Part shown: piece by piece, positions 61,590 through 64,000 of the stretch
Position numbering within the stretch: position 1 is the stretch's first letter
How the letters are laid out: every line of letters begins with the position of its first letter
Origin: an uncultured delta proteobacterium
Lineage (GTDB): Bacteria > Myxococcota_A > Polyangia > Polyangiales > Polyangiaceae
Reading direction: 5' to 3'
Assembly (NCBI GenBank): GCA_963850305.1
Contig: CAWKKR010000008.1
Coordinates: forward strand, 32,001 to 96,000
DNA length: 64,000 nucleotides
Program-made: the position numbers and the translations under genes
The notes under the pieces: generated by a model
The model's input: the letters and a program-made list of their open reading frames with translations, nothing else
What the model was told of the DNA's origin: nothing
Database searches by the model: none

Positions 61590-62216
61590 TCACGGCCGAT
61601 TCAGTCCACGCTCCTCGCGGATGGCGGCGTTGCGGGCTTCGGAGCGCTGCAGGGCGGGCCTTGCCGCCAGGCGTTCGGCATAGCCCGTGAAGAGCGGGCG
61701 CGGCTCGATCAGCTTGAACGCGAGCATGTAGCGGACCGTCCCGCCGAAGATCACGTCGGCCATCGAGAACGTGTCCCCGAGGATGAAGGTCCGGCCCTCG
61801 ATGGCGCTCTCCATTGCCGACAACATCGCCTCGTGCGACCCCCAACCCGCCTGCCCTTCCTTGAAATCCCAGCCCGCCCTCTTCGCCATGGCTCCGGGCT
61901 CGATGACGGAGGGCGCAAACAGGGACCACCGCAGATAGGTGCCTCGCGCCGGGTCATCGACCCGCGGCGCGAGGCGTCCAGGCGCGTACCGATCCGCCAG
62001 GTACAGGCCGATCGCCGCGGACTCCGTCACGACCACGTTGCCGTCCGTGAGGATCGGAAGCTTGCCCATCGGGTTCAGCGCGACAATCTGCGGCGCCTTC
62101 TGTTCCCCCTTCATGAGATCCACGTACGCGAGCTCGTACGGGACCCCGACTTCCTCGAGCATCCAGACTACGTTGGCCGCACGAGAAAACGGATGATGAT
62201 AGAGAACGATGGACAT
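61590..62216 (-). CDS. Glutathione S-transferase
   Basis: HPFSRA, NPMGKLP, TESAAIGLYL, FSMADV. Confidence 0.92.
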   Translation of the reverse strand: MSIVLYHHPFSRAANVVWMLEEVGVPYELAYVDLMKGEQKAPQIVALNPMGKLPILTDGNVVVTESAAIGLYLADRYAPGRLAPRVDDPARGTYLRWSLFAPSVIEPGAMAKRAGWDFKEGQAGWGSHEAMLSAMESAIEGRTFILGDTFSMADVIFGGTVRYMLAFKLIEPRPLFTGYAERLAARPALQRSEARNAAIREERGLNRP

Positions 62217-62239
62217 GCTTGCTGCCTCGAGCCGAAAAC

Positions 62240-62875
62240 TCACTTCATGTAATAACAGACCCCGTTGACGCAATCCATCCGGGCCGGGCACGCCTCCCCG
62301 GCGCCGCACGAGATGGTGCAGAACGAATCCACGAGGAGCTGCGTGCAGGTCACGGTGCCGACCTCGAGTGGAGGATCACACCCCGCAGAACCGACGAGGC
62401 AATGATGAACGCAGGCACCCGAACGACCCGACACGAGAATCGACTGCGCTGCCTCGGTACAGACGCGACCGCCGGTGCAGTCCGCGTTCGTCGCGCAGCG
62501 CGCCCAGGCGCCCCCGGGAGTTCCGGCCTCGCTCGTCGCTCCGCCGCCGCCAGCACTTCCGTCGTGGTCACTATCCGAGGCGCCTGCGCCGCTGTCGAGA
62601 GCCGACGAAGAGCCGCCGCTCGATGTCAGCCCGGCTCCACCCGCGCTCATCGCGTCGCTGGCGTCGCCGCTCGAGGGCGCGCCGCCTGCGCCGGCTGACA
62701 GAGTGCCGCCCGCGCCGCCATGGTCACCTGCATCGACGTTGGGGCTCGCCCCGCCGTTGAACAGACCCGAGGTACTGCTGCCCCCGCACCCCACGGCCAG
62801 CACGAGCGCCACCGCCGCGCCGAACACGGCGAACCGACTGCGCCTCTCGATCGTGCAAGCCACGGGTTCCGACAT
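62240..62875 (-). CDS. Cys-rich lipoprotein
   Basis: Lipobox AVGC; Gly/Ser linker; C-terminal Cys repeats. Confidence 0.75.
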   Translation of the reverse strand: MSEPVACTIERRSRFAVFGAAVALVLAVGCGGSSTSGLFNGGASPNVDAGDHGGAGGTLSAGAGGAPSSGDASDAMSAGGAGLTSSGGSSSALDSGAGASDSDHDGSAGGGGATSEAGTPGGAWARCATNADCTGGRVCTEAAQSILVSGRSGACVHHCLVGSAGCDPPLEVGTVTCTQLLVDSFCTISCGAGEACPARMDCVNGVCYYMK

Positions 62876-63003
62876 GACAGATCCGTTCATTCGTATAGCG
62901 AACAGAGGCGCGAACCGCGAGCGTTTCTCCACGGCAGCCGGTTGCCGCCCAGCGTCACTTCGAGAAAAGCGCGGGCTCGAATGCCGAACTGTCCGGGGCG
63001 AGT

Positions 63004-63843
63004 CTACGAACCCCGACGGCCCAGGGCGAGGGCGGACAGGGACTCACGCACTTCGTCGTCGGTCTCGGTCGCGAGCAACGCGTCCAGCCTCGCGTCCCAG
63101 GCCGGCTCGAGCCGGAGCAGCCCGCGCGCCGAGGCGCGCCGGGTGATCGGCAAGTAAAAACCTCCCTCGTTCGTGAGCACCCTCGTCAGGACGTCCACGC
63201 CAAGCGAATCGTTGCGCTCGACCAGGGCAGCGATCGCCGCGACGCTCACCTCGGCGTCCCTATCGGCAACGGCGGACGCGATCATCGCGCCGTCGCCTGC
63301 TGGCAGAAGTGCGCCGAGCGTGCCGATGGCGCAGCCCCGCGTGGAGGCGCTGTAAAAGCCGTCCTCGTTTGCGAGCACCGCTCGCAGCGCGGCGACGACT
63401 GCGTCGCTCGGATGGTCGCGCAACGCCGTCACTGCCTCCATGGCGACCTCCGCGCTCGGATCACGGAGCCTCGCGATGAGAGCCACCGACATGCCCTGCG
63501 CCTCGGGAGATTCGTGAAGCGCGTCCGGTGTCCGCTCGGAGCTCGGCGCCAGATCCTCGACGTTCACGAGCGTCCCCGCCGCCGCTGCGATGCGCGACTT
63601 CGCACCGAGCAATCGAGCGAGCATCGGCCAGCGGCGCACGAGCGGACCGAGCGAGCCGAGACTCAACCGCTGCTCTATCCGAGGCCGGAGCACGCGAATC
63701 ATGTTGCGTAGCGCACGCCCCGTTCGTGCACGCACGACACGAGGCACGAGAGACCGGCTCGAAACGACCTGCATGTGCCGAGTGTAGACGCGTTCCGTCG
63801 CAAAAAGCGGCCACGTCACCCGCAATGATCGCGACGCAATCAC
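63004..63843 (-). CDS. HEAT-repeat protein (start uncertain)
   Basis: LRDPSAEVAMEAVTAL and ADRDAEVSVAAIAAL repeats. Confidence 0.7.
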   Translation of the reverse strand: MIASRSLRVTWPLFATERVYTRHMQVVSSRSLVPRVVRARTGRALRNMIRVLRPRIEQRLSLGSLGPLVRRWPMLARLLGAKSRIAAAAGTLVNVEDLAPSSERTPDALHESPEAQGMSVALIARLRDPSAEVAMEAVTALRDHPSDAVVAALRAVLANEDGFYSASTRGCAIGTLGALLPAGDGAMIASAVADRDAEVSVAAIAALVERNDSLGVDVLTRVLTNEGGFYLPITRRASARGLLRLEPAWDARLDALLATETDDEVRESLSALALGRRGS

Positions 63844-64000
63844 GAAACGCCGTGGTGGCGGCGGACGCCACGCATCGCGGTAGAGCGAGCGACCGGCGCT
63901 CGCAGCGGATTCGTCAAGCCATCCTCGAGCGCATCTTCCGAGCCCGGCACCCAGTTTCGGGCCGACTGGTCTGGCCTAGCGGGAGGCGCGGGCGCGCCGC

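Overview
High-GC window typical of Myxococcota (Polyangiaceae-like: MYXO-CTERM proteins, PEGA/TPR protein, Hanks kinases, many Cys-rich lipoproteins). I saw no rRNA, tRNA, CRISPR array, integrase or reverse transcriptase. Main blocks: (1) 1-4622: nucleotidyltransferase, ABC exporter, HAD protein and an ATP-grasp/TagF-like fusion. (2) 4650-7860: gene fragments around a 21-nt repeat array. (3) 7991-26161: an ~18 kb minus-strand cell-surface locus with FG-GAP/Cys-rich MYXO-CTERM proteins, a PEGA-TPR protein, an FGE-fold protein split by a 7-blade propeller, and two GT-C enzymes resembling the eukaryotic O-mannosyltransferases TMEM260 (DUF2723) and TMTC. It is interrupted by a Uma2 cassette flanked by a 71-bp direct repeat and an orphan C-terminal anchor. 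(4) LuxR pair, VapBC, two Ser/Thr kinases, an FtsK relic. (5) A LolA-like/FtsX-permease/ABC/OM-protein operon. (6) Serpin, ArsR-SRPBCC, methyltransferase, CoA-transferase III. (7) A glycogenin-like GT8 convergent with a GH13 glucosidase. (8) uvrA, three USPs, a TPR protein, SDR, GST, HEAT protein. Ten of the eleven single-base gene disruptions I found lie in or within ~7 nt of a GATC, suggesting methylation-linked long-read errors rather than true pseudogenes. All family calls come from motif recognition by eye; no database searches were run.
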